A DNA stretch of 64,000 nt from Octopus vulgaris (taxonomy: Eukaryota). Shown here piece after piece: positions 1 to 14,455 of the stretch (the stretch's first letter is position 1; each line of letters starts with the position of its first letter). The notes beneath the pieces were generated by a model. The model was not told the origin of the DNA. It worked only from the letters and a program-made list of their open reading frames with translations, and made no database searches. The stretch is taken from the NCBI GenBank assembly GCA_951406725.2, contig OX597837.1:13392001-13456000 (forward strand), given 5' to 3'. Position numbers and translations under genes: made by a program.

Positions 1-1754
1 CTTGCCGTGTGTGTGTGTGTGTTACCTATGTGGGTGGTTTTGATGTAAAAGTCAACGACTTAGGAACAATCTCTTCATGCTGCCTTCAGCAAAATCCGTA
101 GGTTTCGTGTAAACTTGTAGCTGTGTTCTGTATTGGCAAATAGTTAATGCAGAAGTTCAAAGCATGTGGTACAATGTTCATGCAGTGAGCAAGAAGTTTA
201 ACATTTCAGGTAGATCCTTTCTTTGGAGAGAAAGAGAGATTAGACAGAGGTGTTATTATTGTGTTGCAGGATAGACTAGAAGTTGTGAGAGTGAAAGCAA
301 ACATTGTTATATTCTGGTGGGGAGGGAACATAATTATTATCCAATTATTATAATAGTGAAAAATAAGGATGGATGATGACGGAGGAGGATAAATGTTGTT
401 GTGGAGGCGTGTAAATGGGGTCAACTGTCAAAAGTAAGGAGAAAATTACGCCAGCAGATGTGAAAAACAGTTGCCCGGAGGCGGTAAAATGGAAAAGAAT
501 CATACATCGCCACATACAGGCATTCGCATGTATACATAGTTCCTAATTTAAGCACAAGGCCTGGAATTTTGAGAGGAGGGGTTAGTCGACACCATCGCCC
601 CCCAGTAATTGACTGGTACTTTATTTGATGGAACCCGAAAGGAGGAAAGTCAAAGATGGTCCCGGCGGAAATTTGAACTCAGAACGTAAAAAGCTGGAAC
701 GTTCTTTTCCGACGCTTTGACGATTCTGCCAAACCATTGCCCTTGCTCATAGAAATGCGTCGTGGCACTCCGTCGGTTGCGACGACGAGTGTTCCAGTTG
801 ATCCGATCAGCGGAACAGCCAGCTCATGAAATTAACGTGTAAGTGGCTGAGCACTCCACAGACATGCATACCCTTAATGTAGTTCTCGGGGAGATTCAGT
901 GTGACACAGAGTGTGACAAGGCTGGCCCTTTGAAATACAGGTACGACAGAAACAGGAAGAAAGAGTGAGAGAAAGTTGTGGTGAAAGAGTACAGCAGGGT
1001 TCGCCACCACACCCTGCCGGAGCCTCGTTGAACCTTAACTGTTTTTGCCCAATAAACACTCATAACGCCCGGTCTGGAAATCGAAACCGCGATCCTACGA
1101 CCGCAAGTCGGCTGCCCTAACCACTGGACCATTGCACCTCCACTATAAATGCATACATATACATACAAAAACATGCACACATACACACTGTAACCACACA
1201 TATTTTCCAAGTCATTATCATATGGACACACAAATACGTTTGGTGAAACAAACAGGAGAAATAGGATTGAATATATTAGTGTATATATTTTTATATTTAG
1301 CCGTAAAGTTTCATAAGTAACCGAAGGGCCAAGAGTTTCGTTCTATTCGCTGTACTTATTAAACTATTTTTTAATAAGTGCCGTGCACAAACCTCTTCAC
1401 TCTTGAGGGAGAAGAAATGTCTTGTGTTGGTGGATAGATTGGGAGTCGCGAGAGGGAAAATATTGTTATATAATAATGGTGTAAAATAAGGGAGGGAGGA
1501 TGTCGATGGAGAGGTTTCTAGGAAAACAAATGTCAGTGTGGAAGTATGGTTTTGGTTGGTGGTGGTGGGGGTCAGTAGTTTATGGTAGAAGTAAATTACG
1601 CTTATTGATTTTTTAAAAAAGTTGATGGGAGGCGGTGAGAACAAGGAAAAAATCGGTAATATTTCAGTTGAGGATGTTTAAAATAGTAAATAAAAATGAA
1701 AGGGGAAGTAACAGGGGTGGGGTGGGGGGTTAATAAGTCAAGTGTTAAGCAACG

Positions 1755-2090
1755 TGGCCCTGGGCTATAAGTCACCAAAAAGTGAACGAAAGGCTTTTTT
1801 TTTTTTTTTTTCTTGGAACAGAATTCCTGCATAATGAATTCGTGTAAATATGACACAAATAAATTGTCCCACATTCCAAATTGTCGCCGTAATTTTCTTT
1901 TCACTCGCTTTCACATATTCTCCCCATTTCGCGTGTGGACCTCCTCGTTTTTGGGATCCACAAAGTTCTCCTGGTGCGCAAATCCCTTCGTGAGTGTAGG
2001 TTCCGTCATTTAAGCCTCATTTTTATTTACTTTTTGTAAACACCATAAACTGAAAGATTATCAAAAAAGAATCATCGATTGCCTCACATA
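1755..2090 (-). mobile_element. Merlin/IS1595-like transposase C-terminal relic
   Basis: Minus-strand translation ...HQENFVDPKNEEVHTRNGENM*KRVKRKLRRQFGMWDNLFVSYLHEF resembles the Merlin motif NHSENFVDP..GxHTQxIExxW..xK...F.SYLxEF. In-frame stop. Confidence 0.65.
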
Positions 2091-2582
2091 CTTATGTATA
2101 TATATGTGTGCCAATGTATGTATATAGTCGGTTCTTAATTTAGGCACAAGGCCAGAAATTTTGCGAGGAGGGGTTAGTTGACATCATTGCTTCCAGTAAT
2201 TGACTGGAGCTTTATTTTATTAATTCCGAAAAGATGAAGGGCAAAGTTCACCTTGGCTGGGTTTAAACTCGGAACATAAAGAGCTGGAATGTTCTTTTCT
2301 GACACTTCAACGATTCTGCCAAACCACTGCTCTTGCACATATAAATTCATACATGTTCATACAAAGACACAAATACATTCTTATCTAACCACGTATATCT
2401 TCCAACTTACCTCCATATCACACACACACACACACATTAACATTTTTCTGCCTTAAAGTTACATAAGTAACTGAAGGGTCGAGAGTTTCGTTCCGTTCAG
2501 TTGTACTTAGACAACTTGATAAGTACAGGGTACAACCCTCTTGACCCTTGAATCGCTTACGTAACTTTACAACTGAAATATA

Positions 2583-2618
<36 letters not shown>

Positions 2619-2869
2619 AAAAACACTGTGTGACACAATTTTTGTCCTTGGGTGGCAACTGTTATCTCCTATTTGCCGACCCCTAGAAAGTATGAAAAAT
2701 GGCTAGTATTTCCTTCAAACTTTGTTTTTGCTATTTATTCAAACCGCAAAGAATCCCTCTCAACACATGGCTATGTTGCTCCCTCACCACTTCTGCTCGT
2801 GATCAGAGATTCACGTATTCTCTCAACACATTTACCCTTTGTCGTACATGTTCACTGATATTGCACATC

Positions 2870-3190
2870 CAGTGGAACGTGCATTCACATCTCATCTGCT
2901 GTCACAGCCCACATTTCACTACCATGTAGCATTGGGTTTGAGAGAAGAGCTATGCATAGGAGGAACCATTTGCAGTGTGCAAGAGGGCCAACTGCGCTGG
3001 TTCAGTCATGTAACGCATATGGATGAGGACATCTGCTTAAAGTGCTGGTTGCTTAAAGCGGATGGAACTTGTGGCAGAAGGAAGACCCAAGGAGACATGG
3101 GGTAAAGAAGTGAAGGATGACCTCATGATGCTGAACCTCACAGAAGAGATGATAAAAGATGAAGATGATTGGCAATTTTCAGTGATCTCT
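2870..3190 (+). mobile_element. RTE-clade LINE 3' fragment
   Basis: VQEGQLRWFSHVTHMDEDICLKCWLLKADGTCGRRK.. and GRPKETW..VKDDL; same family as 50534-51396. Confidence 0.7.
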
Positions 3191-4199
3191 CTCCTCTGCC
3201 ACATTCCATTCAACTCCATCAAACATCTCACATATCAGCTTTCATCCACAGTGTACCCTCTCATACGTGCCATCACGACCCACTCACTACAGCCACCCCT
3301 GTATACCCTACTTTTCCCTCCTTTCCACTTTTACATCTTGCACATCACCGCCACCCCAACTTCCTGATCTGTCCTTCTTGAGCCACTTCTGTTTCCCACT
3401 CTACCCAGGAATTTCTTGTCAACTGCATCTTTTCTACCCCATCTCTAACCATCAGTTTCTCTCCCCTCACACGATCATAAAAGAACTCCCTCTCCTGATC
3501 CATTGTCCATATCCTCTCATACTCAGCTTCCTGTACATTGAGAGCTTGCTATGGCCTTGCATCACTATCATCTTTATCCCCTCTCAACTACTCCTAACCA
3601 CCTTCTATATAATGTGTGGTAGCCATGTATCCTCTCTAGCAAAACACAGATGCTTCTCTTTCTCTCTCTCTTAGCTTCAATATGAAGCCACCTCCCCACC
3701 ACCTAGTTTGGATATTTGTCTCCTAGTAGTAGGACCTTTTTCTCAGTTCTCTCTCTCTGTCTTGCAAATTACTTGGCAACCTCACTGGTGCTGGTGGCAT
3801 GAAAAAAAGCACCCAGCACACACTGTACAGTGGTTGGCCTTAGGGAGGGCATCCAGCCATAGCAACCCTGCCAAGGCTGACACAGGAGCTCAGCAAAGCC
3901 TTGCGGTTCACTATATCCTGTCAAACTGTCCAACCCATGCCAGCCTTGAAAACACATTAAACAATGATGATGATGATTTCACACAGACAGACACAGCATA
4001 AATAAAGTGACCTTGACCTCTGAAACTCATGAGGGAAGCAAAACAAATATTCAGGAACAAAATAGAAACGGTAAAAAAAATATTGAAAAACATTTTACTT
4101 ATTGTTTGATTTGTTAATAAAAAAAAAGCTTTTTTTATCTCATTTTGCTTTTTTATTTTTAGCTTCAAGTGTGGCACTTAATGTACTCACAGCAATATA

Positions 4200-4235
<36 letters not shown>

Positions 4236-4499
4236 TTATTTAATATCTACTCATACATATACACACACACAAGCATATTTAAAAATTATATATATTGCTT
4301 AGTCAAAGGAGGAAGCTCTCTCTCTCCCCCTCTCTTATATATCATCATCATCATTTAACTTCCATTTTCAATACTGGCATGGGTTAGAGGTGTTGCACAG
4401 AACTCCAGCATCAGCTTTTGGATGGTTTCTGTGGCCAGATGCCCTTCCTATATGTGTGTATGCGAGGAAAAAGTGGTACATTTCAATATCGTTTTTTTT

Positions 4500-5060
4500 T
4501 TGTTCTGGACTGTGTAATCTTTGGGTAGTTTGTGGTAAAAATCTGCATTGCTAAGCTGCAGGAGAGCTTCTGGTAGAGGTCAAACAACTGACCACCAGAA
4601 GCACAGCCCCTTGTTAACCAATTCAATTGTGACATTTCTGTGGTCTTGGAGGTGTTGAAGTGAATGCATGGAGTTCACGAATGGTGGTCTTTAAGGGTTT
4701 GACTTTTTTTGTCTTTTTAATTGAATTAGATCCAAATCATGATGACACTTTTTCGCAAATAGGTCAATGGAGCTGAACTCTCTCAAGTCAAGTGTTTATG
4801 CAGAACTAGTGTTGTCTAAACTCACTTGAGTCAGGGATGTACAGGGGTACAGGGTTACCAAAAAGAAGCAACCAGATGGAGGAAGTACTTGGTATCCTCG
4901 TGTTGGCCAAACTCATTTCACTTACTGCTGAGTAGTAGATGGGCATCAAGTATAAAAGTCATCAACTGTGATATATTTTGGATATTGTTTACAATAGTTC
5001 TTCTCCCCTTCTTTCTTTCCTTTCCAGTGTAGGAGTGTTTGCAGCAATCTTGGTTCTTCT
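4500..5060 (-). mobile_element. Degenerate Penelope-like retroelement fragment
   Basis: Minus-strand pieces LQHLQDHRNVTIELVNKG and EALLQLSNADFYHKLPKDYT resemble the PLE 'DKG' region (I.I.PADKG..VV...Y..EA..QL.D..FY). Frameshifted; extent approximate. Confidence 0.45.
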
Positions 5061-5796
5061 ATAAATAGTTTCAGGAATTTTTGATTAAAAAACAAAAAAA
5101 AAAAACTTATTTTTTTAAAATTAATTTCTTGCATTGGTTTAACACTTTCGATGCCTGAGACTGGCCCCTGCTATGATACAAACTTCTTGTGTTTTAAAGT
5201 GATCCATCAAAATATCATTTTACTTTGTTTCTAACAAACTCTATAACGATGTAGGTTTAATCTTGTAAAATGGAGTGGACTAGGTTTCATTCCTAGAAAG
5301 AACATACGTTTTTGACCGTTGACTAATTAGTATTTTACCTCGTTAGGTTTCGTTCAGCTTCAATGCAGTTTCGACTACACAAATTACGTCAGTCAAACTG
5401 TGTCATATTTTTGTGTAATTAGCCATAATTAATCATTCACTGATGAGGAAAATTACATAGAACATCAGAGAGTTTATGAATTTAGTTTTATGTAATTAAT
5501 TCTGGGAAGTTAACCATCAGAGAGGACACACTGAATTACAATCAGGGGATTGTCAATTTAACCTAGTTTGTAATATCAGACATTGTGTAATCTGTGTCAT
5601 TGCACTTAAATGGTTCTGAACTAAAGTCGAGTATGTCCAAAGAATGCCAGCATTGCAATATTTCCTTTGTCCTTCTTAGGGGTTGCAGCCATAAACCCTC
5701 GTAAATTGTTGTCGAGCAAAACTGTACGCATATTTTCTGGGAGAATTGTTTCTTGCATTCTATGGTGGACTTAAGTAATTTCACTGCACTTTTCTG

Positions 5797-6217
5797 TAGG
5801 CACAGGCATGGCTGTGTGCTTCAGAAGCTGACTTTGCAACCACATAGTTTCAGGTTCAGTCCCACTGCATGGCGGCGCCTTTGGCAAGTGTCTTCTGCTA
5901 CAGCCCCAGGCTGACCAAAGCCTTGTGAACGAATTTGGTGGATGGAAACTGTTTGGAAGCCCATTTGTGCATGTGTGTGTACATGCATGCACGAATCTTT
6001 GTGTCTGTGCTTGTTCCCACCCACCCCACTACCTGAGCGCCAGTGTTGGTTTGTTTATGTCCTCATGACTTAGCAGTTTGGCAAAGGAGATCAATAGAGT
6101 AACTACCAGACTTTAAAAAAAATAAGTACTAGGGTTAAATTGTTTGTCCAAAACCCTTCAAGGTAGTGCCCCAGCATGGCCACAGTCCAATGAGTGAAAC
6201 AAGTAAAAGATAAAAGA
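5797..6217 (+). mobile_element. tRNA-derived SINE family 2 (representative copy)
   Basis: GGCACAGGCATGGCTGTGTG...GGTTCAGTCCCACTGC...TTGGCAAGTGTCTTCTGCTA...GAAACAAGTAAAAGATAAAAGAT. Many further copies (e.g. ~11880-12025, 19040-19200, 21720-21870, 22540-22650, 31580-31900, 48210-48500, 56430-56790). Confidence 0.85.
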
Positions 6218-7282
6218 TTTCTTTGCTTAATTCTTTGTCAATATGTCCCCATCCAAATATTTACTTTTCACAATTCAAAATAAAACATCAATTTTATTGT
6301 ATTCTATTTCCTGTTTAAACACTGCCAGGATCTTATATTCTTTTCGTGAAATCCATTCTATGACAAGTATTTGAGCAAGGGCTCTGGTCTCAGAATGTCT
6401 TCCTGTCTTCCTTCCACCATTACCATAGGTTTTTCGAAATGGTCATCAGTGTTTCCCTTCTTCCTCTGATTAAGCCACACAAATAATGGTTATAACACAA
6501 ACTCAAAGCTGTTCTTGTTTAAGCCAAAGTCAACCTTGAAGTAGCAAAAGTTTGATCAAAGACGTCCCAGCCATGTCTGATGCATTTCTTTTTTTTCCAT
6601 AAATTGCTTATTTAAGTCTACATTATCAAATATTGCCGGTTTTTTTTTCAAAGCTGATAAGATGTGACATGAGTGAAATTTTGACAGCTACTTCTAGCAT
6701 GCCAAGCAACCATGTATGAGCTCCAAATTTATGCATCTTGTTTTGAATGCAGTTTTATCTGGATGGTTGTCTTACGACCAACTGCTACATTGGGGTTTAT
6801 ATCAATAGTCGTACTAGAAGGTTCTCCTACCAATAAATATCACATCTGACGACACTCAGAAAGTATATTGATTAAAACATAATCTAACAAGAAAAAAACA
6901 AATATAGTAAACTCCCTCCTGCCCACCACAACTGGGATTGGAGGGTGGCTTTTAAGCTAGTGAATAGCTTTGACCCTGAATGGGAAGATCTGCAAACAGA
7001 TCTCTGACTTGTTTCAAAGAATTTGTTGCAATTGCTTCCTCCAGAGTCGTATCCCAATGATGACCATATTCGTTGTGAAAAAATATGTAAGAAAAAAAAA
7101 ACTGCTGAAAACAATCGCAGTAATGAAACATAGGAATCCAAAATTTCAGGATTTTTTCTGGGTGCCAGTTGCTTGAGAGTTCTGGTTATTTGAATCTTGG
7201 ATAAGAGTTTATTGTATATGGTTCTTCCTCCAAAATACGAATCTGTAAGAAAAAAATTTAAATAATCTGTTATATTTTCCAG

Positions 7283-7392
7283 AAATGCGATGGACTTGTG
7301 CAGCCTGAATACAAGAAATTCTCCATTGATCCACAGATCACATCTTTTGAGATGTTACAAGGAATTCTGGCAAAAGCATTTAATATCAAAAG
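7283..7392 (+). CDS. TBC1D25: TBC1 domain family member 25 (OATL1), internal coding exon A
   Basis: ttttccag|AAATGC...ATCAAAAG|gtaagt. Translates KCDGLVQPEYKKFSIDPQITSFEMLQGILAKAFNIK, recognisably the TBC1D25 N-terminal segment (human KCESFLPPEFRSFAVDPQITSLDVLQ). Phase 0 in, phase 2 out. Confidence 0.9.
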
Positions 7393-8434
7393 GTAAGTAG
7401 TTACATATTTTTCTCTGTTATTTGTTTGTCATCATCTGGAGTTTTTTTTTCCCCCACCCCATCCTGGTTGGGTGATTTGCCCAGACTAATGTATATCTTT
7501 CATGCCAGATGTTCTGATCAAGTGATGTGGTGTGAACATCTGGCCTAGGCTTCAGTTCTATTGGTCTTTCACTCACTGAAATATCTCATCTGCAGATGTC
7601 ATGACTGCAGATGGTAGCCGTAGTTTGCTCATTGAACTGGTTGATCCTGGCTGTTGACAGCTTGTCCGTTCATCAACTCAGCTTCCAGTAATATTCACCA
7701 TCGATTCCAATAAGTTCATTTGCCAAAATAGTTTACATCCACCCTGCTGCATTGCATGATGTCAACATACCCTGACTCAGGTAATTACACGCTGTTTAGC
7801 CCATAGCTGCGATCCTTGAGCCAAAGTAAACCTGGTAGAGAACACTGTAGTAGAGTTAGAAGGACCATGACACAGCTCGATAGTGGACCGGTGGTTGTAA
7901 ACTTTTGGTGAGTGAAGGCACAAGCTTTCTTTAGACATTGCCTAAAGCAGGCATGAGCAACCTTTTAGGGGAAGGGCCCCACATGAGACACAACTCATCA
8001 CCAGACAGGACACACTACTAAAAACAATTTTTCCTTGGTGTTTCATTCAGATCAAGTCCCATGGGCCAGCACAGTTTAGCCATGACTGGTCTAGAGTTTG
8101 CATGTGATGGGAAAATGTTTCAAATGTGTGAGAACACTCTCATGTGATAATGTGTTTGTACTTTGAGTCAACAGCTGTTCAGAGCTATAAAAGCATGGAG
8201 TTTAGTTCTTTTTAATCATCTGCAAAATATTGATTCAGTCAACAAGTTTTCCTACTTTTGCATAAGTGGCCTTGTACTCAATTCAGAAGAGAAACCGTTA
8301 TTGTTGGGTGGAGGAGAGGAAATGGAACCAATAGAATGCTTTTGGTATTCAGCTTTCTTCTTCTTTATTTAGAGTTCAAGATCCCTTCTGGGATCAATAC
8401 AAGTTATATCCCAAGGTTGATTTACCCAATTATA

Positions 8435-8653
8435 TGAGGGGGTACTGAAAAGTCTCTGACTTTAAGGGTATCGCAAAAGGCCTGGTTGGAGGCCCAATCT
8501 TCTAAGTTCTTTTACAGGGCTTAGAAAAACTGAAGGACCAATGCAATAAGTGTGCAAATCTGAGAGAGGAATATGTTGAATAAAATCATAATTAACTCTG
8601 ATCTTCCTGTATTTTCTTTTACCCAAAACCAGGAATTTTTCAGCACTTCCTTG
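8435..8653. mobile_element. Mariner-type MITE (further copies ~43578-43690 and ~52128-52320)
   Basis: TA|TGAGGGGGTACTGAAAAGT...GGAATTTTTCAGCACTTCCTTG|TA inverted termini; the internal sequence recurs in reverse at 52128-52320. Confidence 0.7.
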
Positions 8654-11600
8654 TACATCTCCTCTAAACATTTTCAGCCTTATACACATACACTGCAAAT
8701 GAATATCATTAATATAATGATTGGAAATGGTTTTGCTGGACTAATTAGTCTCAGAATTTCAGAAAAAAATGATTGGGCGTGGCTTTTTGGATGCTGACGA
8801 TTTGGCATTGACTAACTGGACATTCAAACTACTGCTGGTGTGTTTATGTCCCCGTCATCTAGCAGTTCGGCAAAAGAGACTGATAAAATAACTAGGCTTA
8901 CAATGAATAAGTCCTGGGGTCGGTTTGTTCGACTAAAGGTGGTGCTCCAGCATGGCCAGACAAATGACTGAAACACGTAAAAGAATGACGACGATGATGA
9001 TGATGATGGAGCTGTCCGTGTAGATTTATGTAGAGTTACATAACAACAGCAACACAAAAAAAGAAACAAGCAAATTTATTAACAGACTTCGTTAATGGCC
9101 ATTACAAAATAATGTGTATTTCTGAAATTTCATTTAATTTCTGCCACCTTTCACCCATCCATTAAAATTTGGTTTGTAGCCTGACATACTAATTGACCAA
9201 CTATTTATATCAATTTGTTAAAAGCATCAACAACTCGGTGGGAATGTATTTGTAGTTTCAATTTAAAGAACTTTTGAATAGATTTGGGAAGAATGCATGG
9301 AAGACGAAAAAAAGCAAAAGCATTTTGTCCAATGTCTTTCATCGCAATTATTCTAAATATATATTTTTTTGATTTTTGCTTTGTTTCATGTTTGTCTCCA
9401 TTGGCTGTTGACAATTTTCTGTCTAAACTGACTGTTGCTTTTGTACTCAGCCAAATTCAAAACAAACCATCCAGTGTTATTGGGGATGGTATTTGTTATG
9501 ATGTTGCTTCGACATCGTGACAATGTTCGCAAATTCATTCCCGTTCAAGCAGCAGCAAATGCAATCTAACCAAAGCTGACTTCACATCGCATAAACAGAA
9601 TTTCAAAGTTTGCATTTTTTTCCATCAATATATCGTGTAGAATTTAGAATTTACAACAAATTGTTTAACTCGCATTTGTATTAGACCCGAAATGTCATCA
9701 TCTTAAGATCAAGAACAGTTGGACTGAAAATTCCGTTGTCATTCTAACCGATTCTAAAAACACAGAAGCTCAATGAAAAGTTGTTTCTTTAAAATCTTTT
9801 TAACACTTTCTTACCAAGCATTTACGGACCATATTTTCATATGTAAGAGTTTTACATGAAGAGTTTTCACTTAATTCCAGGTATGATTTCTATGTAAATA
9901 TATTTCTGTATATGTGTACATATATATATATCTGCTTATTTTGATTGTCTAACAAGTGATTTGATCCTGAGACTTTCTGTTGAAACTGAAGTAACTACAT
10001 TGTACTTTTAATAATTTACAAGTTTAAATTTATTATTTTTGGTGACATATAAGATAATTACTATTTTTAACTCTCACAATGAGAGATATTCAGCAACAGT
10101 ACTTTTGGAGTAAAGAGTATTTGCCAACATAACATGGCTGTCCTGGTTTAGGACTAGTTGTCACTTTGAAAACTAAATATTTTGAATGGGAATTTGGCAG
10201 CGCCACCTCTAGCCGAACAATTATTCTGTGCTGATGAAGGGAAATAACCTGGAAATCGTGGTACACAGATATTGTTTTGAGCTGAGAGGGGGTGCTAGAT
10301 TCCCTTGTTTGAAAATATAAGGACACAGATCGTGTTGTATAGGGGCTAAATTACAGCAACATTCAACCTAAACCAGGGCTATAGAAGAAGCCATTTACTT
10401 AAGGTGCCAGGTAGTGGGACTGAACCTAAGGCCACACAGTTGGGAAGCAAGCTCCTTAACCACACAGCCATACATATGCCTTATAGTTTATGAAAATGTT
10501 AGATTCATTCAATGAAACAGGATCTGAAAAATACATTCTTAGAAATGAAAGTATTAGGGAACAACATTCAATTTACCCCTCATGACTAATTTTTATCCTA
10601 ATTTGAAGAACAAAGTGAGTCAGGAAACATCATTAGTGCAACCTAATTAATAAAAGTTGCAATTATCTAAAAGGGGGTTAGCTGGCAGAATTGTTAGCAC
10701 ACCAAGCAAAATGCTTCGTGGTGTTTCATGTCTTTATGATCTGAGTTCAAATTCCACTGAGGTTGGTTTTGCCTTTTGTACTTATAGGAGCTGATAAGAT
10801 AAGTACCAGTTGGGTACTGGGGTTGATGTAAAGACAGATAATTAATATAGTAAATTAAAGATATTACTAAAGATTTGTATGATAATACCTTTATTTAAAT
10901 TATTTTCTGTGATTTTATAATTTCACAAATCCATAAGCTCAGAATTACAATTAAAACCTTTCTTTACTGAAGTCAATTCATTCAACTAAAAATTCTTCAA
11001 GGCAGTGCCCCATCATGGCCACAGTCTAATGACTGAAACAAGTAAAAGATAAAAGATTAAAGCTTATGGTAGACAGAACTTCACATCCAGGACTCAGGGT
11101 GATTTTTCACTGAGACATTTCTCCGAAAAAATTAAGTGCCTCTTTTATGTCACCAAATGCAGTAACTAAAATTTCCTGTCTCATGACATAAAGTTTATTA
11201 GAACCCATTTTACTATTTGTTTCCCGTGCAGATGTCTTCCCTGGGTATTCCCCACATTCCACCACCATCAGTTATTCAGTATTTCATGTGTGTTTTGCTA
11301 CGTAATCTGTTGATATTTGACAGAAGGCCTTAGCAAGGTAGAATGCCATTTGAGGAGGATCCAACCATTGTGCAGAGCCTCAATTCCTTTCAGTTGGTCG
11401 AAGGAATTTGAGAGCCTAGCAGAGCGTTTGATCGACAATTTATTCATTGTCCTTACAAATACAATGGAAATTTCTTTGTGCTTCTAATCACATTAATAAC
11501 AATTAATATATTTCAAACAGTACGATGACAATGACACACACAATAATAATTGCAATAATAACTCATAATTTATATCTCACAATACATGTACAATAACAAT

Positions 11601-11774
11601 ATTCTCATAATGGTCCTAATGTAATAAAGCATTACATAATAATAATCAGGTATTGTGTGTGAAGTTTGGCAAAAACCATTGGAGATATTTTGTGGTTTTC
11701 GTCTTGTTTTAACCGAATACAGGAAATAGTGTGTGTGTGTGTAGGCTGCTTACTACAATATGTATTTGTTTGTC

Positions 11775-11805
<31 letters not shown>

Positions 11806-12234
11806 TGTATATATATTTCCCTCTCTCTCTTTCGGAGAGGCACAAGCACCTACACACACAAATACACACATGACAGTAACTTCCGCCTACCGAATTCAAT
11901 CACAAAGCTTCAGTCAGCCCGGGGCTATAGCAGAAGACACTTGCCCAGAGTGCCACGCGGTGGGACTGAACCTGAAACCATGTAGTTAGGAAGCAAGCTC
12001 CCTAACCACACAGCCATGCCCGTGCCTACTAAAATGCATGTACATATGCGCAGCACTATGTGTGTGTGGCAAGCTTTCTACGGCCAGATGCTCTTCCTGA
12101 CGCCAACCCCCACCTGTTTGTCCAACATGGCAGCAGAAAGGAAATACAACGGCATTAATATGTTTGTCTTGTTAAATTTCAAAGACTCTAATCACTCAAT
12201 TATTCTGTGTTTAATTATTGAATTCTTCTTTCAG

Positions 12235-12383
12235 TGATTTTTCTACCAGTTACTTGGCTAAAGCTTCTGATGGCCAGAAAATTTATCTCAGCATGTTGTC
12301 TGACTGGGATATGGATGCGGCCTGCCAGTGTGCTTCGGAACCGTATCTTAAGCTTAAAGTTGATCTGAAGCCGTTTGAGGAAG
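12235..12383 (+). CDS. TBC1D25: TBC1D25 internal coding exon B
   Basis: ttctttcag|TGATTTT...GAGGAAG|gtatgt. Translates DFSTSYLAKASDGQKIYLSMLSDWDMDAACQCASEPYLKLKVDLKPFEE. Phase 2 in, phase 1 out, compatible with both neighbours. Confidence 0.92.
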
Positions 12384-12513
12384 GTATGTCAAAATCTCTT
12401 CTTAGCCTCTTAAACAATAACAACAACAGCAAAAAAAAAAAAAAAAGTTAAAGTTAACTGTCTTTTTTTTTTTAACTAAAGTCGATGAACAATCTTTTAT
12501 GGATGTGCTTTAA

Positions 12514-13127
12514 CCCTTTAGCTTTCAGATTACTTTTGTCAAATGTAATGCATTTTATTCACATTATTTTGATTAATCGTGCATCTTTCGTGTCCGATGG
12601 CATCACTTTGTCTCCAACAATTCGGTGCGACACCAGTGCAGAATCACCTCCCTCCGACAAGTCATCCTAACGAGACGTCTGCGTTGGCTGGGTCATGCCC
12701 TCCGTCGTCAACCCGGAGAATTCATCTATGAAGCAATTACCCCAGCTCCCCTTCAGGGTTGGCGAAAGTGATGTGGTGGACAATGAAAAACCTGGCTGAT
12801 GACAGTCACGGCTAATCTGGAGCCCAACCTAGGCCCCCATATCTATGGTGTTCGCCGTTGGAGATCACGCAGTCATTAGCCTCAAATCGCCAGGCCTGGT
12901 CGGCGTTTGTGAGAGATGCAGCACTGAGGATCAATGAAGCCAGCTCGATCCACCCTGGGTGAATGCTGTCTTGAAAGACAAGAAGATGAAGAATCATGCA
13001 TTATCTTATATCTTTGAGATTTCAATAGTGTAATTTTTAAATATTTTTTAGGATAGGTGTGAGAGACTCGATTTGGCCAGTTTGAACATAAAACGGGTGG
13101 AATATGGCCTGTTTAAATGCTAAGGGA
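12514..13127. mobile_element. piggyBac-type MITE with nested RTE 3' fragment (12585-12991)
   Basis: TTAA|CCCTTTAGC...GCTAAGGGA|TTAA. The insert translates RRLRWLGHALRR..GWRK*..GGQ*KTW and is flanked by AATCGTGCAT/AATCATGCAT (10-bp TSD, 1 mismatch). Confidence 0.7.
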
Positions 13128-13489
13128 TTAAAAAGAGTGTATATGTGTATATGTGGAGTGTGAATGTGTTACAGCTGAATGGTAAATGAAATAAACTCTA
13201 TATGTTCATTTGAAGATATTCACCCCATACAATTCCAATTAAATCTGGCAATTTCTGCTTTCGTTTTTGAATTTTGTGGTTGAAATAGAAGGTTCAGGCT
13301 CCCATTATATTTAACAGAATATGTTTTTGTAGTTTTGGCCCTTTGCTATTTAAATTGGCCATATGGGGCTATAATATTTTATCTGTTTTATGATCAGATC
13401 CAACCTCTCACACCAACCCTACATTGTCAGTCTCAAAATAAACTATCACATCACCAAAATGTCAAAGGTACAAAAAAATGCATGATTAA

Positions 13490-13711
13490 TCCTTTCGTTA
13501 CTGTATTTATTTTGAGATGCTTTGTGTTTCTTTCAATTAATTTTAAATATAACTGAGAATTTAGTAAAATGACTTAGTTATCATTAAACTGGTTTTAGGA
13601 ACATAAATTGCGACTAAGGTTCGGTGGAAGATTTTAATCCAAAACTTTTGAAAACAAGACATTTGTACTACAGAGCCAGAGGCGGTTTCAGCCGGGTTGG
13701 TATCGAAAGGG
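13490..13711. mobile_element. piggyBac-type MITE nested in another MITE
   Basis: TTAA|TCCTTTCGTTAC...GTATCGAAAGGG|TTAA. Confidence 0.7.
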
Positions 13712-14411
13712 TTAAATCAATACAATGTGAATAAATAAGCAGTACATATTTGACAGAGTAATTTAGTAATTTGAATGCTAGAGTTAACATTTTTGGGATT
13801 AGTACTTGAGTGTGTGTGTATTCTTCTAGTAGTGTATATACAGAAACTAAGTACGTCTCATTGTTTGTGTTTCTGTGTTGGCCTTTTTTAAATTTCTGTC
13901 TTCAAATTTGATTTTTGGTTGAATGGCTCTCTTCAATATAGAAGATTGCTGACATGGGGTACATCTGATCGGAACTCACCCCAGCAGAATTCAAACTCAG
14001 ATGTGAAACCTGTAGACCAGTGTTTGGTCCCAGCCCCCCTCCAATCACATGAAACCAAAAAGGTCACAGCTTTTGTTGGTTGCCCTCAATTAATGCATCC
14101 CAGAGTCAGCTCCTTTTCTTGCCAAACGTTTCACATACTCCGCCCACTGTGCTAACTACTATGTCTAATTCACAAGGAGAAACAACCTCTTTGACCCCCA
14201 CCTACTTATTGTTCTCATTATTTTGACATTTCAAATATTATGTAAACAGCCATTTAATAATAACTGTTTCCTTCAACAATTTGAGTCCCTTTCCCTCCAG
14301 TACAGTTGAACCAGATCTGCTGATGACCTAATCTCTTGTCTTACTCACCATCAAGAAATATTGTTACATTGTTTACATTTGATGGATATTTGTTCTCATC
14401 TTGTTTGTTAG

Positions 14412-14455
14412 TAACAGCGTTTCGGCTGATAACCCTCCAGCCTTCATCAGGTGTC
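14412..14455 (-). ncRNA. Minimal hammerhead-ribozyme-like motif (Penelope/retrozyme type), probably degenerate
   Basis: Minus strand GACAC-CTGATGA-A-GGCTG-GAGGGTTAT-CAGCC-GAAAC-GCTGTT: both core boxes flank a 5-bp stem II. Stem I/III pairing is imperfect in this copy. Confidence 0.5.

Noticed and set aside
270-312. DRLEVVRVKAN resembles TBC1D25 exon 1 (EREVVRVRVK)
   Set aside because: No consensus phase-0 donor at the expected position and the frame runs into a stop; the real first exon is probably outside the window or unrecognised.
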